Source of the DNA: a virus
Taxonomy: Duplodnaviria > Caudoviricetes
DNA length: 64,000 nucleotides
Strand: one strand, 5' to 3'
IMG/VR virus record: IMGVR_UViG_3300022555_000003
Location: 1 to 64,000 of that record
Each line of letters begins with the position of its first letter. The stretch's first letter is position 1. The translations under genes were made by a program, and so were the position numbers. This document shows positions 39,870 through 50,103 of the stretch, piece after piece. A model generated the notes under the pieces. The model was given only the letters and a program-made list of their open reading frames with translations, searched no databases and was not told the DNA's origin.

Positions 39870-40265
39870 ATGAACTACGAAGATTTAGACCAAAAAGTTA
39901 AAACACAATTAATCACGGTAGGATATGACCTACTTAAAGTAGTTGCAGAAGCATTTGGACCAGCAAAAGCTGAAACTTGTTGGAATCAAATTGCAGATAG
40001 TATTAGCCCTGATTTAAAATATGATCTAATTATGCAAATGTTGTCTGGATATCAAGGTAATACAGTCACTTTGAAATATATAGGTGCCAACTTTATCTCA
40101 GCAATTAAAACTGTTCGAACTTACACTGATTTAGGTCTGAAAGACGCTAAACTTTTGTGTGATGATGTACGGGCTGGAAAGCCAACAGCAATTAAACTTA
40201 TAAATTCTGCTTTAAGACGAGAATGTATAAAAGAATTTGAACGATGCGGTTGCGATGCTGTGTAG
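39870..40265 (+). CDS. Protein with ribosomal bL12 C-terminal-like domain
   Basis: ISAIKTVRTYTDLGLKDAKLLCD resembles bL12 IK.VR..TGLGLKEAK. Confidence 0.7.
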   Translation: MNYEDLDQKVKTQLITVGYDLLKVVAEAFGPAKAETCWNQIADSISPDLKYDLIMQMLSGYQGNTVTLKYIGANFISAIKTVRTYTDLGLKDAKLLCDDVRAGKPTAIKLINSALRRECIKEFERCGCDAV

Positions 40266-40278
40266 TGTGTGCTATACT
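40250..40278 (+). promoter_or_regulatory. Sigma70-type promoter for ncRNA-tRNA-TROVE/TerD operon
   Basis: TTGCGA-17-TATACT with extended TG. Confidence 0.65.
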
Positions 40279-40309
40279 TAAAGAGTAAAGAAATAATAGA
40301 TAAATAAAT

Positions 40310-40381
40310 TTGTTGGCAATGGATTGATCTTCCTTCTAAAAATTAAAATTGGTTTAAACTAGATCATCTAATATCCAACAA
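40310..40381 (+). ncRNA. Structured Y-RNA-like hairpin, copy 1
   Basis: ttgttgg/ccaacaa stem, caa/atat loop, tgga/tcta, bulged U, tgatct/agatca, loop starting UCCUUCUAAAA. Confidence 0.6.
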
Positions 40382-40385
40382 TTAT

Positions 40386-40457
40386 GTCGATGTAGTGCAA
40401 TGGTCAGCACAGCAGACTTTCACTCTGCTAATACGGGTTCGAATCCCGTCGTCGATA
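40386..40457 (+). tRNA. tRNA-Glu (TTC)
   Basis: Full cloverleaf; anticodon arm gcaga-ctTTCac-tctgc; T loop TTCGAAT. Confidence 0.93.
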
Positions 40458-40469
40458 CTAATTTGAGAC

Positions 40470-40539
40470 AGCCCGGCCATTAAGTAATCTTCCTTCTAAA
40501 ACAAACTTATATTGATATAGATTCTTAGATATCCGGGCT
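40470..40539 (+). ncRNA. Structured Y-RNA-like hairpin, copy 2
   Basis: agcccgg/ccgggct stem, cca/atat loop, ttaag/cttag, bulged U, aatct/agatt, loop starting UCCUUCUAAAA. Confidence 0.6.
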
Positions 40540-40549
40540 TTAAAAATAT

Positions 40550-42649
40550 ATGACACACAACACAATTCTGTTTAAGAAACGTAACAAGTTTTTGATTCCG
40601 CAACAAAATAATTTTATTTCAGGTGCAGCAGTTGCAGCATTTTGCCGTAATTGTGAAGGTTTAGGATATATTCCAAGTCTCGCATTTTTGGAATCATTTC
40701 AATGCTTAGACCAATACACGGCAGAACTTATTCATAATGAAGTTATTTTTGAACTGAAGAATGCTCGTGGTGTTGCAAAGTATGCACCACTGTATCCAAA
40801 TTTCCCACGTCAAGTGATGGATGCAACTGAGTCATTTCTATATCTAAATGCAACAGCTCATTATCTTACAGCATTTTTGAGTGACATCACAGACGGTGCA
40901 TTTGAAATTTGGACTCCAAAATTTGCAACATCAAAGCGTGAAACATTGCGTGATAAGATTAAGTTGGAAGTATTTGAACTTGGTTCAGAACAAGACCTAT
41001 CTGATATCTTTTCTCAACTTGTAACAAGTAACACAAGTTTGAGTCAAGAAGACAAAGACGCAATTGAATGGTTTGTTCAAAATGGAGATATTGAACTTAC
41101 AAAACCTATTCCAAACAAAGAGAATTTAGCTATTATTGGTTCATTGCTGATCAAAAATAAGACTCCGGGTGTTGAATTAATCCTAAAAGGGTATGTTAAA
41201 ACTGCAACTGATGTATTACGAATTGCATGTGCAATGAATGGTGGAGATGTTAGTTTAGCAACGCCAACAAAGTTTACAACTTTCAAACGTAGTGAACGCA
41301 GAGCACTATTAGGATTTTTAGAATCATCTAATGGTAGTGATGAAGATCTTGCGCGGTGGGCTGGTCGTTGGATACGTCTAGCAGAAAAACTTCACCCTGG
41401 TGAATATCGAAAGCATTTTCCAAATACATGGGAAGCATTTTATCGCCTGCGTTCTGGAAATTTAGATCAAAGCTTTAATAGTAAAGTTGAATCTGCTATT
41501 AAGACTAAAAATACCAAAGTAATCAGACATTTATTGTCTTCGCGACCAGGCGATTTTGCTCGTCGTTTAGATAAAGTCGTTCGTGACTCTCAAGATACTG
41601 AATTATTAATTGATGCTTGGAAGAAAGTTGCTGACAAAGTAAGCACACCAGTTCTATTACAAGTCAAAGAGCATTTTTATAATCGGATGAAACCATCAAC
41701 AGATCGAGTATTTTTTCCAAAAGGAAATATTGCTAAAGTACAATGTATTCCTAATACTTTACCTGACCTACAATTTCAAAATTGTTTGTCTGTGGCAAAT
41801 ATTTGCAGCAATGTTTTATCAAATCGATTTAGTCAATTACCAAATTTAGGAAAGATTTATATTAATCCTGAATTGAAAAATTATCTACTGCCATTCAGTC
41901 AACGTAGCGCAAGTTCGGGCCTGCGGAGGTTAGTACGTGGTAGTAAAGTTGCAATTGAAGGCGGAAAAAATGTTGTTCGATTCTTCATTCATTGGAAAGA
42001 TGGCGAAGGAAGAACCGATCTTGACTTGAGTGCTTGTTTATATGATGGAGATTGGAATAAGTCGGAGGACATTGCTTATTATAATCTAAGAGACAACAAG
42101 TTTGGAGCTTTCCACAGTGGAGATATTACTTCTGCACCTAACGGAGCAGCTGAATATATTGATATCGATTTATCAAAAGTTGTTAAGAGTGGTTCTAGAT
42201 ATGTTATTATGATGGTCAATAGTTTTACTGGTCAAACATTTAATACTATTCCAGAAATTAGTGCAGGTTGGCAATTACGTAACAAATCACAGTCTGGAGA
42301 AGTTTTTGAATCAAAAACTGTTGTGGATAGATTTGATATCACAAGCACAAGCAAGCAATTGATGCCGTTAATTATCGATGCAGTTGATCGATGTGTTATT
42401 TGGTGTGACGCTGCAATTACCATTAATGGTCGATATTCAAATAATGTTGCATCAAATAAAAATGCAATTGGTATTCTTGGTAAAGCGTTTACACATATCA
42501 ACAAACCAAATTGTTACGATTTATTCATGCTTCATTCAAGTCGTGGCGTTCTGGTAAGCTCTAAAGAATTAGCTGATACAATTTTTGATGTTAATGAAGG
42601 TATCAAGCCCACTGACTTAGAAATTATTGCATCGCAGTTCATGCAGTGA
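40550..42649 (+). CDS. Helical (ROT/TROVE-like) repeat protein with C-terminal TerD-like domain
   Basis: PLYPNFP N-terminal motif; TATDVLR, RPGDFARRLD; TerD-like DLDLSA and HSGDITSAPNGAAEYIDIDL. TROVE-likeness is inferred from recalled architecture. Confidence 0.65.
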   Translation: MTHNTILFKKRNKFLIPQQNNFISGAAVAAFCRNCEGLGYIPSLAFLESFQCLDQYTAELIHNEVIFELKNARGVAKYAPLYPNFPRQVMDATESFLYLNATAHYLTAFLSDITDGAFEIWTPKFATSKRETLRDKIKLEVFELGSEQDLSDIFSQLVTSNTSLSQEDKDAIEWFVQNGDIELTKPIPNKENLAIIGSLLIKNKTPGVELILKGYVKTATDVLRIACAMNGGDVSLATPTKFTTFKRSERRALLGFLESSNGSDEDLARWAGRWIRLAEKLHPGEYRKHFPNTWEAFYRLRSGNLDQSFNSKVESAIKTKNTKVIRHLLSSRPGDFARRLDKVVRDSQDTELLIDAWKKVADKVSTPVLLQVKEHFYNRMKPSTDRVFFPKGNIAKVQCIPNTLPDLQFQNCLSVANICSNVLSNRFSQLPNLGKIYINPELKNYLLPFSQRSASSGLRRLVRGSKVAIEGGKNVVRFFIHWKDGEGRTDLDLSACLYDGDWNKSEDIAYYNLRDNKFGAFHSGDITSAPNGAAEYIDIDLSKVVKSGSRYVIMMVNSFTGQTFNTIPEISAGWQLRNKSQSGEVFESKTVVDRFDITSTSKQLMPLIIDAVDRCVIWCDAAITINGRYSNNVASNKNAIGILGKAFTHINKPNCYDLFMLHSSRGVLVSSKELADTIFDVNEGIKPTDLEIIASQFMQ

Positions 42650-42650
42650 C

Positions 42651-43076
42651 ATGATTGATTTATACGAATCTCCAAACAATAATGATTTACTATGGAAATC
42701 TTGTCACTGTGATTCAGATAGACAAGATTTTCATGGTCAAGATTTGCGTAAGGTAGATCTATACTATACAGATTTGCGTGGAGCAGATATGAGCCATGTA
42801 AATTTGTACAGAGCATTTTTGTGTGGCACAAATTTACGATCTGCCAATTTAAGTCATTCGAATTTAAGTTTTACAAATTTGTGTGATGCAGATTTGCGTG
42901 GTTCAAACTTGAACAGTGCAGATTTGCGTGGAACAAACCTACGCGGAGCAGACCTACGCGGAGCAGATGTAGAAAATGTAAAAATAGATAAATCTACAAT
43001 AATTACACCATCAACAACATTTGATACTGAACAGTTAACGTATTTAATACTCAGAGGACTTGTATACTGCAAATAA
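42651..43076 (+). CDS. Pentapeptide repeat protein
   Basis: A(D/N)L(R/S)G repeats. Confidence 0.9.
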   Translation: MIDLYESPNNNDLLWKSCHCDSDRQDFHGQDLRKVDLYYTDLRGADMSHVNLYRAFLCGTNLRSANLSHSNLSFTNLCDADLRGSNLNSADLRGTNLRGADLRGADVENVKIDKSTIITPSTTFDTEQLTYLILRGLVYCK

Positions 43077-43104
43077 GTCGTTTGTTTTCAATAGAGATAT
43101 AACC

Positions 43105-43224
43105 ACAAAACGTCGTATAACGCATTTTCTAACTAAAGTTGGGGCTAATGTACCAGATATGCCCTCAGAATTGCTTAAACGACGTTTTGTTTTGGTTGAC
43201 ATGTAGTTGTCTAACTGTTATAAT
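43105..43224 (+). promoter_or_regulatory. Hairpin element plus sigma70 promoter, copy 1
   Basis: acaaaacgtcg (43105..43115) / cgacgttttgt (43180..43190); TTGACA-17-TATAAT. Confidence 0.8.
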
Positions 43225-43231
43225 TATTAAT

Positions 43232-43394
43232 ATGAATGAACAAATTGATCTTGCAATTGATTATCTTAAGCAAGAAGCATAGAAATGTGCTACTGAATTA
43301 TCAGCTCTTTCTGGACCAGAAATGATGTACAGAACGGGAAAATTGGTGGGGTTTAACATTGCGCTCACTAAATTATATGAAATTAGACTTAATG
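43232..43394 (+). pseudogene. Small ORF with in-frame TAG, paralog of 43945..44151
   Basis: TAG at 43280..43282; downstream YRTGKLVGFNIAL...VVENKG matches YLTGKIDGYSVAV...LVENKA. Confidence 0.5.
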
Positions 43395-43395
43395 T

Positions 43396-45211
43396 TGTTG
43401 AAAACAAAGGCTAAAATGACAGAAAAAACTATCTCAGTTATTCGAAAAGCTCTAGAAGGCAAAGCAGAGATTGAATTTGTTGACGGAGATCCAGTTGTAC
43501 ATGTATATTACAGAAAACAAAGCAAATACCAAGATCAATTAATTGAAGATGTTAAGAAAATCTTGGATACTTTTAGGCTAATCTGTGCCTCAACTGGGAA
43601 GAATGGGTAGATCTAAGTTGATATTTAATGTTGTTGACATGTATTAATATGAATGCAAAATATAGTGGTATGTCCAAAGAAGAAGTAAGGGCAAATATTG
43701 CCTCAGCTATACAGATTTCTGACCCTATCAATAAAGCATTAGAAGGGCATGGCGGGATACAAATTACTGATAACAATAAGTTTATAGCATGGGTATATTA
43801 CAGAGCTGAGCGTCAACTAGAAGCAAATGATAGAGTAAAAGATATACTTGCTACATTTGGGCTGATACTTAGCAAACCAATCAATAAATCTGGCGTATAT
43901 AAAGTGGTTGACACGAACACACCAAAACTGCTATCATTAATAGTATGATTAAACAAATTGATTCACAGATTGCTCAACTTGAGGCTGATATTTCAGCATT
44001 TTCTGATCGACGCCATGTTGAAATGCGCAATGATTCGTCTGCGGCTCTTTATCTAACAGGAAAAATTGATGGATATAGCGTAGCCGTCAACAATCTCGAA
44101 ACATTGAAACGCAAGTTTCTTGCTGGTGAACTTGTTGAAAACAAAGCATAAAATTGATGGTTGACTTAGATACACCAAACTGTTATACTTATTATATGAG
44201 CATAAGCACAACGACAAGCAAAGATTACAAAAGAACGCAGACGAGTACAGAGCAGATGAAGAAGCGAATTGCTGAAAATAAGGCAATTGATGAACGGATT
44301 GCAGCCGCAAAGCTTGTGGCTGAGACTCCAGTTGTTCCTGCTGCAAAGCTTTCAAAAACAGAAGGCTTGCGTCGCGAAGTTGGTAATGGAACTGCACCGT
44401 TCACTTTCTTTTCATTCAGAGGCTAAAATGAAACCAGTTATTACATTTACGATACCAGCAAGCGAATATCATCGTACTCGCAGCAAAGTTATTTATGAAA
44501 AAGTGATAACTGATAAGCGCACAAAAGAACGCCGTCGCCAACCCAAACATAGGAAGAAAATTAATGTTGACAATTAAAGAAATTAACGAAATCGTCGAAC
44601 AGACATCAAATGCCTACTCTGTAGATAGTTATACAAGTTGGCCAGAATGTGTTAGAATGCTTTCACGTAAGAATTTTAACAAATTTGAAATTTTATCTAT
44701 TTTGAGATCCAAGTGGGCGCGGTGGGCTGCTGATTCGTCAGAAGGAAGTCACAGAGCTACTAGTGAGGATCTAGAAAAGTTTGTTAATAAATTTTCAGCT
44801 AAAGATGTTTAAGATTTAACGAAAGAATCTTTCCCACAGTATAACCCAATTACCAAATGCATAGAAAAAGATGATGTTTTTGGAGATACAATGAAAGAGA
44901 TTCGTGCAGAATATTTTCTTTTAAGTGATTCAGCCCTTAACAAGCTTAGTTTGCTGATTCAGCATGTTGCAAATGATGCATATGATCGCGGCAATATAGA
45001 CGGACGAAGTAAGTAAAATAACATGGAAGAAATTTCTGATTTAGAAGACAGAGCTAAAGCGGTATTATATGATATTAAAGAAACTGTTGAGCAATTAACT
45101 TGGAATTTAGATATTGATGGTGGTTCTTTGCTCAAAGCTCAAGCAGAAGATTTAATGTCAATACTACGTGATATTAGAAACTTACGAAAAAACAATAACA
45201 AAAAAGGATAA
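43396..45211 (+). CDS. Run of small early hypothetical ORFs (43396..43610, 43628..43948, 43945..44151, ~44199..44426, ~44428..44577, 44564..44812, 45023..45211)
   Basis: ORF track; co-oriented, downstream of sigma70 promoters. Confidence 0.5.
44161..44189 (+). promoter_or_regulatory. Sigma70-type early promoter
   Basis: TTGACT-17-TATACT. Confidence 0.75.
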
Positions 45212-45215
45212 ATTA

Positions 45216-46112
45216 ATGATTGCATATATTCTAAAAGGTCTTCCAGCTTCTGGAAAATCAATGTGGGCAAAAGAACAGTCCAACAAAACTGGTGCAGTTA
45301 TTGTTAACAACGACACCATTCGCAAAGAGATTTATGAAGATCAAGGTAACGAAACTTGGTCAAGCAAAGTCGAAAAGCAAGTAAAGATTTTGCGTGAAGA
45401 TCAAATTGAAATGGCTGCTCGTGATGGCAAAGATGTAATTGTTGACAATACTCACTGCAACCCTAAGACTTATGATGCAATCAAGCAATTCTGTTTTGAT
45501 CTTGGTTATGATGTTGAAGTAATCGATTTCATGCATGTCTCATTAGCTGAATGTATACGTCGTGACTCACTTCGAACAGGATCGGCTCGCGTTGGTGAAG
45601 CTGTAATTCGACGCATGAATAAATTAGCGAATGTTGCAAAATTTTCTGATCCACTTCCTGGATGGATTCCAACTCTACAAAAGAATTTGATTATTGTAGA
45701 CGTTGATGGTACATTGGCTGAAATTCAAAATCGTGGACCATACGATGAACACTTAGTTTATAATGATAAGCCACGAAATCACGTCGTGGTAGCTGTCAAA
45801 GCAATGTTGAGTTTTCCTCGAACCGAGTTGGTTGTAATGAGTGGACGAAGCGAAGCCTGCTATGATAAAACATATAGCTGGTTAATTGATAAGTGTGGTT
45901 TCGCAGAAAATTCTTTTACTCTGCTTATGAGAGCGAAAGGTGATCGACGTCGCGATAGCGTTGTAAAACGCGAATTGTATGATGAATACATTGCTGGAAA
46001 GTTTAATGTGATGGCAGTATTTGATGACCGCGCGAGCGTCATCAAAGAATGTTGGTCTGCGCTTAATCTTCCGGTTTTTCGTTGCGGTGTAATTGACAAG
46101 GACGATTTCTAA
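45216..46112 (+). CDS. pseT: Polynucleotide 5'-kinase / 3'-phosphatase
   Basis: GLPASGKS P-loop, VDNTH; HAD motif DVDGT, SGR, FDDR. Confidence 0.92.
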   Translation: MIAYILKGLPASGKSMWAKEQSNKTGAVIVNNDTIRKEIYEDQGNETWSSKVEKQVKILREDQIEMAARDGKDVIVDNTHCNPKTYDAIKQFCFDLGYDVEVIDFMHVSLAECIRRDSLRTGSARVGEAVIRRMNKLANVAKFSDPLPGWIPTLQKNLIIVDVDGTLAEIQNRGPYDEHLVYNDKPRNHVVVAVKAMLSFPRTELVVMSGRSEACYDKTYSWLIDKCGFAENSFTLLMRAKGDRRRDSVVKRELYDEYIAGKFNVMAVFDDRASVIKECWSALNLPVFRCGVIDKDDF

Positions 46113-46278
46113 ATGTTTGTAATTTTTCAAAATCAGACTGATGAATTTACTTTTTCATCTGACATATTGCTTGGTGCATTTGAGAAATATTCAGATGGCA
46201 CTACAGCCTTATTAGATATTTCGACACAGTTTCCACAATGTGATTTTTGGATGACTGGAATGGAAATGGAGAAAATTT

Positions 46279-47154
46279 GTGCAAACAGTTAGTAGTTTAC
46301 CAACAGCAAAAATTATTTGCGATTCAATTTCTCCATCTCCAGATCATATTCGTCTCACTACAATGGAGTTGAAGATTCATAGGTTTATTTTAGCAGAATT
46401 GAATACGCACAGAGTTTTTTCTAGAAATTCAGCATCGTCTCGTGCAATTCCTATTTCTAAAATAATCGAAAAGATCCAGACTGATCCAGCTATGCCTGTA
46501 TTCTGGGGAGCAAATCAGTCTGGGATGCAAGCTAAAGTTGAGTTAAGTGCAGATAAAAAAGAAGCTGCAATTTATGCTTGGTTGAAACAAAGAGATGCTG
46601 CAATTAAAACTGCTAAAGAATTATCTGATATTGGTGTTCATAAGCAATTAGCAAATAGATTATTGGAACCCTGGTTATGGCATTACGTAATTGTGACATC
46701 TACAGAATGGACTAATTTCTTTTCACAACGATGCAATGCAGATTCTCAACCAGAAACGCAATCGGCGGCGATGGCAGCTCAGTTTGCATATTACACTAGT
46801 AAACCTAAAGTGGTTAATTTTGAAGATTGGCATCTGCCATTTATTCAAGAAGATGAATTAACATTAGATATTGAAATGTTGAAAAAAGTATCTGCTGCTA
46901 GGTGTGCTAGGGTTTCATATTTGTCTCATGACGGTAAACGAGATATTGAAAAAGACTTGCAATTATATGAAAAATTGGCTTCTGCAAGTCCAATGCACGC
47001 AAGTCCATTTGAACATGTTGCTACACCACAAATATCATTTTTAGAAAATCCGAAGAATTTTAAAGGATGGATACAGATGAGGAATGAATTCAAGAATGAG
47101 AATTCAACAAAGTTTATTCCAAATCATCCTAAATTGGTTAATAGAGAATGGTAG
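46279..47154 (+). CDS. thyX: Flavin-dependent thymidylate synthase
   Basis: ELNTHRVFSRNSASSRAIP; HKQLANRLLEPW; SAARCARVSY; HASPFEH. Confidence 0.9.
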   Translation: MQTVSSLPTAKIICDSISPSPDHIRLTTMELKIHRFILAELNTHRVFSRNSASSRAIPISKIIEKIQTDPAMPVFWGANQSGMQAKVELSADKKEAAIYAWLKQRDAAIKTAKELSDIGVHKQLANRLLEPWLWHYVIVTSTEWTNFFSQRCNADSQPETQSAAMAAQFAYYTSKPKVVNFEDWHLPFIQEDELTLDIEMLKKVSAARCARVSYLSHDGKRDIEKDLQLYEKLASASPMHASPFEHVATPQISFLENPKNFKGWIQMRNEFKNENSTKFIPNHPKLVNREW

Positions 47155-47610
47155 TTTTTAAAATTAAGAATTTAGCAACAGGATTATTTTATAGACCATA
47201 TCGAATAGTGAACACTAATCTTTCTACATACCAAACCAAAACAAATTTGAGCAAAAATGGAAAATTATATTCTAAACGTCCTTCACTCAAATTTATTGGA
47301 GAAGGATATTATTCACATTTTTTACCCCATACATTAATTCAATTTGTTGAATCTGAATGGGAAATACAAGAAATCAGTTGACATGAGTTGGAAATTCTGT
47401 TATAATTAAATAGTAAAGATGACAAAACAAAAATTGCAAGAACTAGCAACAGCATTAGATTATGCTGAATTTGTAAAAGATAAATTTGGTAAAGAGCAGG
47501 CTATCTTTCAAGATAAGATGCTTAGAGCAGGAATTGGATATCTTGATTTTGATCCAAAATATTTTTTAGCATCTGACATCACGTCGCTAGAAGGATGGGC
47601 GACTAAATAA
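47148..47610 (+). CDS. Two small hypothetical ORFs (47148..47381, 47419..47610)
   Basis: ORF track; TTGACA-17-TATAAT promoter at 47378..47406. Confidence 0.5.
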
Positions 47611-47620
47611 GTAGTACAAT

Positions 47621-47693
47621 GGGGTTGTAGCTCAGTTGGGAGAGCGCCTGATTTGCACTCAGGAGGTCATCGGTTCGAACCCGTTCAGCTCCA
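47621..47693 (+). tRNA. tRNA-Ala (TGC)
   Basis: Cloverleaf; cctga-ttTGCac-tcagg; G3:U70 pair. Confidence 0.95.
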
Positions 47694-47701
47694 CAAAATT
47701 T

Positions 47702-47773
47702 AGACCCGTAGCTTAATGGTGAAGCAAGAAGCTCATAATTTCTAGACTGAAAGTTCGATTCTTTCCGGGTCTA
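47702..47773 (+). tRNA. tRNA with CAT anticodon (Met or Ile2)
   Basis: agacccg/cgggtct acceptor; agaag-ctCATaa-tttct. Confidence 0.88.
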
Positions 47774-47933
47774 CTAAATTTAGGCAAAAATATTATGATT
47801 AAAGATTTATGTAATGTGTTTGGTCCAATATTTTTATTAGCATATAGTTATGCTTGGGAGCAAGCCAACAAAGAGTTGATGGTTTATTTAGCCAATCCAT
47901 ATACAGTAACTACATTGGCGGTAATTCAGACGA

Positions 47934-48173
47934 TTGCAATTGTGTGGATTATATACGGAGTATATACATTTGGTACTAGATATTTTGATTAATAATATTA
48001 TAACTAGAAATAATAAAGTGACACTTCGATATGAATATGAAGATAATATATTTACATATATTCCAGATTTTATAGATAATCAAGGAAATTTTATGGAAGT
48101 TAAAGGTTATTTATTTTCAAAAAAAGATATAGCTAAATATAATCAGACTAAGAATCGGGTTAAGTATTTTTAA
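47934..48173 (+). pseudogene. Truncated PD-(D/E)XK nuclease fragment
   Basis: YIPDF.....FMEVKGY motif in a short ORF. Confidence 0.45.
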
Positions 48174-48245
48174 AAATGACATTAACAAAATGATAAAGTA
48201 TTGTAAGGAAAAATATGGTATCCAATTTTGGAAACAATTATATGA

Positions 48246-48320
48246 GCCCCTGTAGCCCAATTGGCAGCAGGCAACAGACTCAAAATCTGTCAAGTGTTGG
48301 TTCGAATCCAATCAGGGGTA
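48246..48320 (+). tRNA. tRNA-Leu (CAA), short variable loop
   Basis: gcccctg/caggggt acceptor; acaga-ctCAAaa-tctgt; 5-nt variable region. Confidence 0.88.
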
Positions 48321-48353
48321 CTAAATAAATGAAAATGTCTGGTACTAAATTTT

Positions 48354-49084
48354 ATGTCTAACGCAACATGTAATAACGGATGGGGTTTTGAGCAACCAAA
48401 GTGTTGGTGTGGTAATAATTTAAATGAACATTGGCGTGGTAAAGAATGTCTCAGAACAACTGAAAAAAATAAATATGGTATTCGAGTAGGGCAGGTGTGG
48501 AATCGTGCAGACGGTACTAACGATAGCGTTGTTATTGGTTTTTCTTATTTTGATAAAGATGATGTAATTATAAAACGTATATTATCTGATTGATATGTTC
48601 AAATTGACATATCGGTATTATCTTCAGACTGTATGAAAAAATCAATTATTGAATTGACGGGAGGAGAAGCAACAGTCTTGTCATGTATTGCAGCTTACGC
48701 CAATGAGAAAAACGCATCTAAAATTTTTGAAAAATTAATTAGTGAAACTACTCCGCGGGCTAGAAATATAGCTAAACAATTACTGACAGGAAAGTTTTCT
48801 GGAAAGTATTCTGAAGTAGCAAAAAGATTTTCAGATGCTGCAAAAAATAATTTAAAAAACGCATTGTTAATTGAAAAATTACGGAGACTTAAATGAAAGA
48901 AACGTGTGTCAGTAGAAAATTTCATCGGCTTATAGCTTTAACATGTAAAGATTGTGGTAAGAGTTTGACACCCGAGCAAGCAATACACAATAATGTTGAT
49001 GTTGATTTATTTGATCAGTATGGTGTATACCCAGATGAATGTTGGGAATGCGGAGGGAGACCTTGTAAGGGTTGTTGGGGTTAA
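48354..49084 (+). CDS. Small hypothetical ORFs (48354..48593, 48633..48896, Zn-finger-like 48893..49084)
   Basis: ORF track. Confidence 0.45.
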
Positions 49085-49085
49085 T

Positions 49086-49177
49086 GGAAAGGTGGCTGAG
49101 CGGCTTAAAGCAGCAGGTTGCTAACCTGTCGTACTAAGTAATTGGTACCGGGAGTTCAAATCTCCCCCTTTCCGCCA
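49086..49177 (+). tRNA. tRNA-Ser (GCT)
   Basis: Long variable arm; gcagg-ttGCTaa-cctgt; encoded CCA. Confidence 0.93.
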
Positions 49178-49377
49178 AAGAATATGACCGAGAAAGAGTT
49201 TCAAAAATTAACATGTGGTTGGGATCGATGCGAAGTGTGCAGTAAAACTAAACCATTGGTCTTAGCATACGATATGAATATTGGAAAAACAATTGAGATT
49301 ATGCCAGATGGTTGGCCAAAGTATGTTTGCATAGACTGTGTAAATGATCCAATAGCTGAATATAGATTTGAGGAAAA

Positions 49378-49944
49378 ATGAAAAATAAAAAAGTAATACT
49401 GTTTGCATTGATAATCACAGGAATTATTTCTGTATTATTTGTTGGATATAATATTTATGATAAGAATTATGTATCATCTGATTTTAAACATACTCTTATT
49501 GCTGCGGTCACTCCAACTGCAACAGAGGACGAAGTTAAATTATATATTCGTGATGCAAGAGTACAAGTTCGAACAAAAAAAGATTCAGATGTTTTAAACA
49601 AGTTAGAAACTAGTATAATTGATATCAAAGTAGCAAGAGATAAGAAAATGGAAATTATGAAAACAGCAGTTAAAGCTCTAGAGATAAGAAAGTTTTCATT
49701 AGATAGGTATTCCTCATTTCTTAATCTTTGTAATGAAAATAATTTATCATGTTCATTTGTTGAAGCTAAAAAAATGATAGCTGATAATAAAAAACAATTT
49801 GATGAATTTAATCAGGCTGCTAATGAAGCTGATAAACATGCAGAAGAAAAGTTAGATATAGCAAAAAATTTGTATAATACAGTTCGAATCGATCTTGGAT
49901 TACCAATTATTGAAATTGTTCACGAATATAACTTTTATAAGTGA
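49378..49944 (+). CDS. Membrane-anchored hypothetical protein
   Basis: N-terminal hydrophobic helix; coiled-coil remainder. Confidence 0.55.
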   Translation: MKNKKVILFALIITGIISVLFVGYNIYDKNYVSSDFKHTLIAAVTPTATEDEVKLYIRDARVQVRTKKDSDVLNKLETSIIDIKVARDKKMEIMKTAVKALEIRKFSLDRYSSFLNLCNENNLSCSFVEAKKMIADNKKQFDEFNQAANEADKHAEEKLDIAKNLYNTVRIDLGLPIIEIVHEYNFYK

Positions 49945-49977
49945 AACTCAAAAATTTGATCTTGAACATTGAAATAC

Positions 49978-50067
49978 GGAAGCGCACACCGATTGGCGAC
50001 GGGGACTGCCTCGAAAGCAGTTGTACCTTAACCGGACTTGTGGGTTCAACTCCCTCCGCTTCCGCCA
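49978..50067 (+). tRNA. tRNA-Ser (CGA)
   Basis: ggaagcg/cgcttcc acceptor; actgc-ctCGAaa-gcagt; long variable arm; encoded CCA. Confidence 0.88.
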
Positions 50068-50103
50068 CGTAAAAGTCAAGATAAATAAAAATTTTATTTT
50101 GAG

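Noticed and set aside
49978-50067. tRNA-Sec or suppressor tRNA
   Set aside because: Anticodon is CGA with a 7-bp acceptor stem, consistent with Ser
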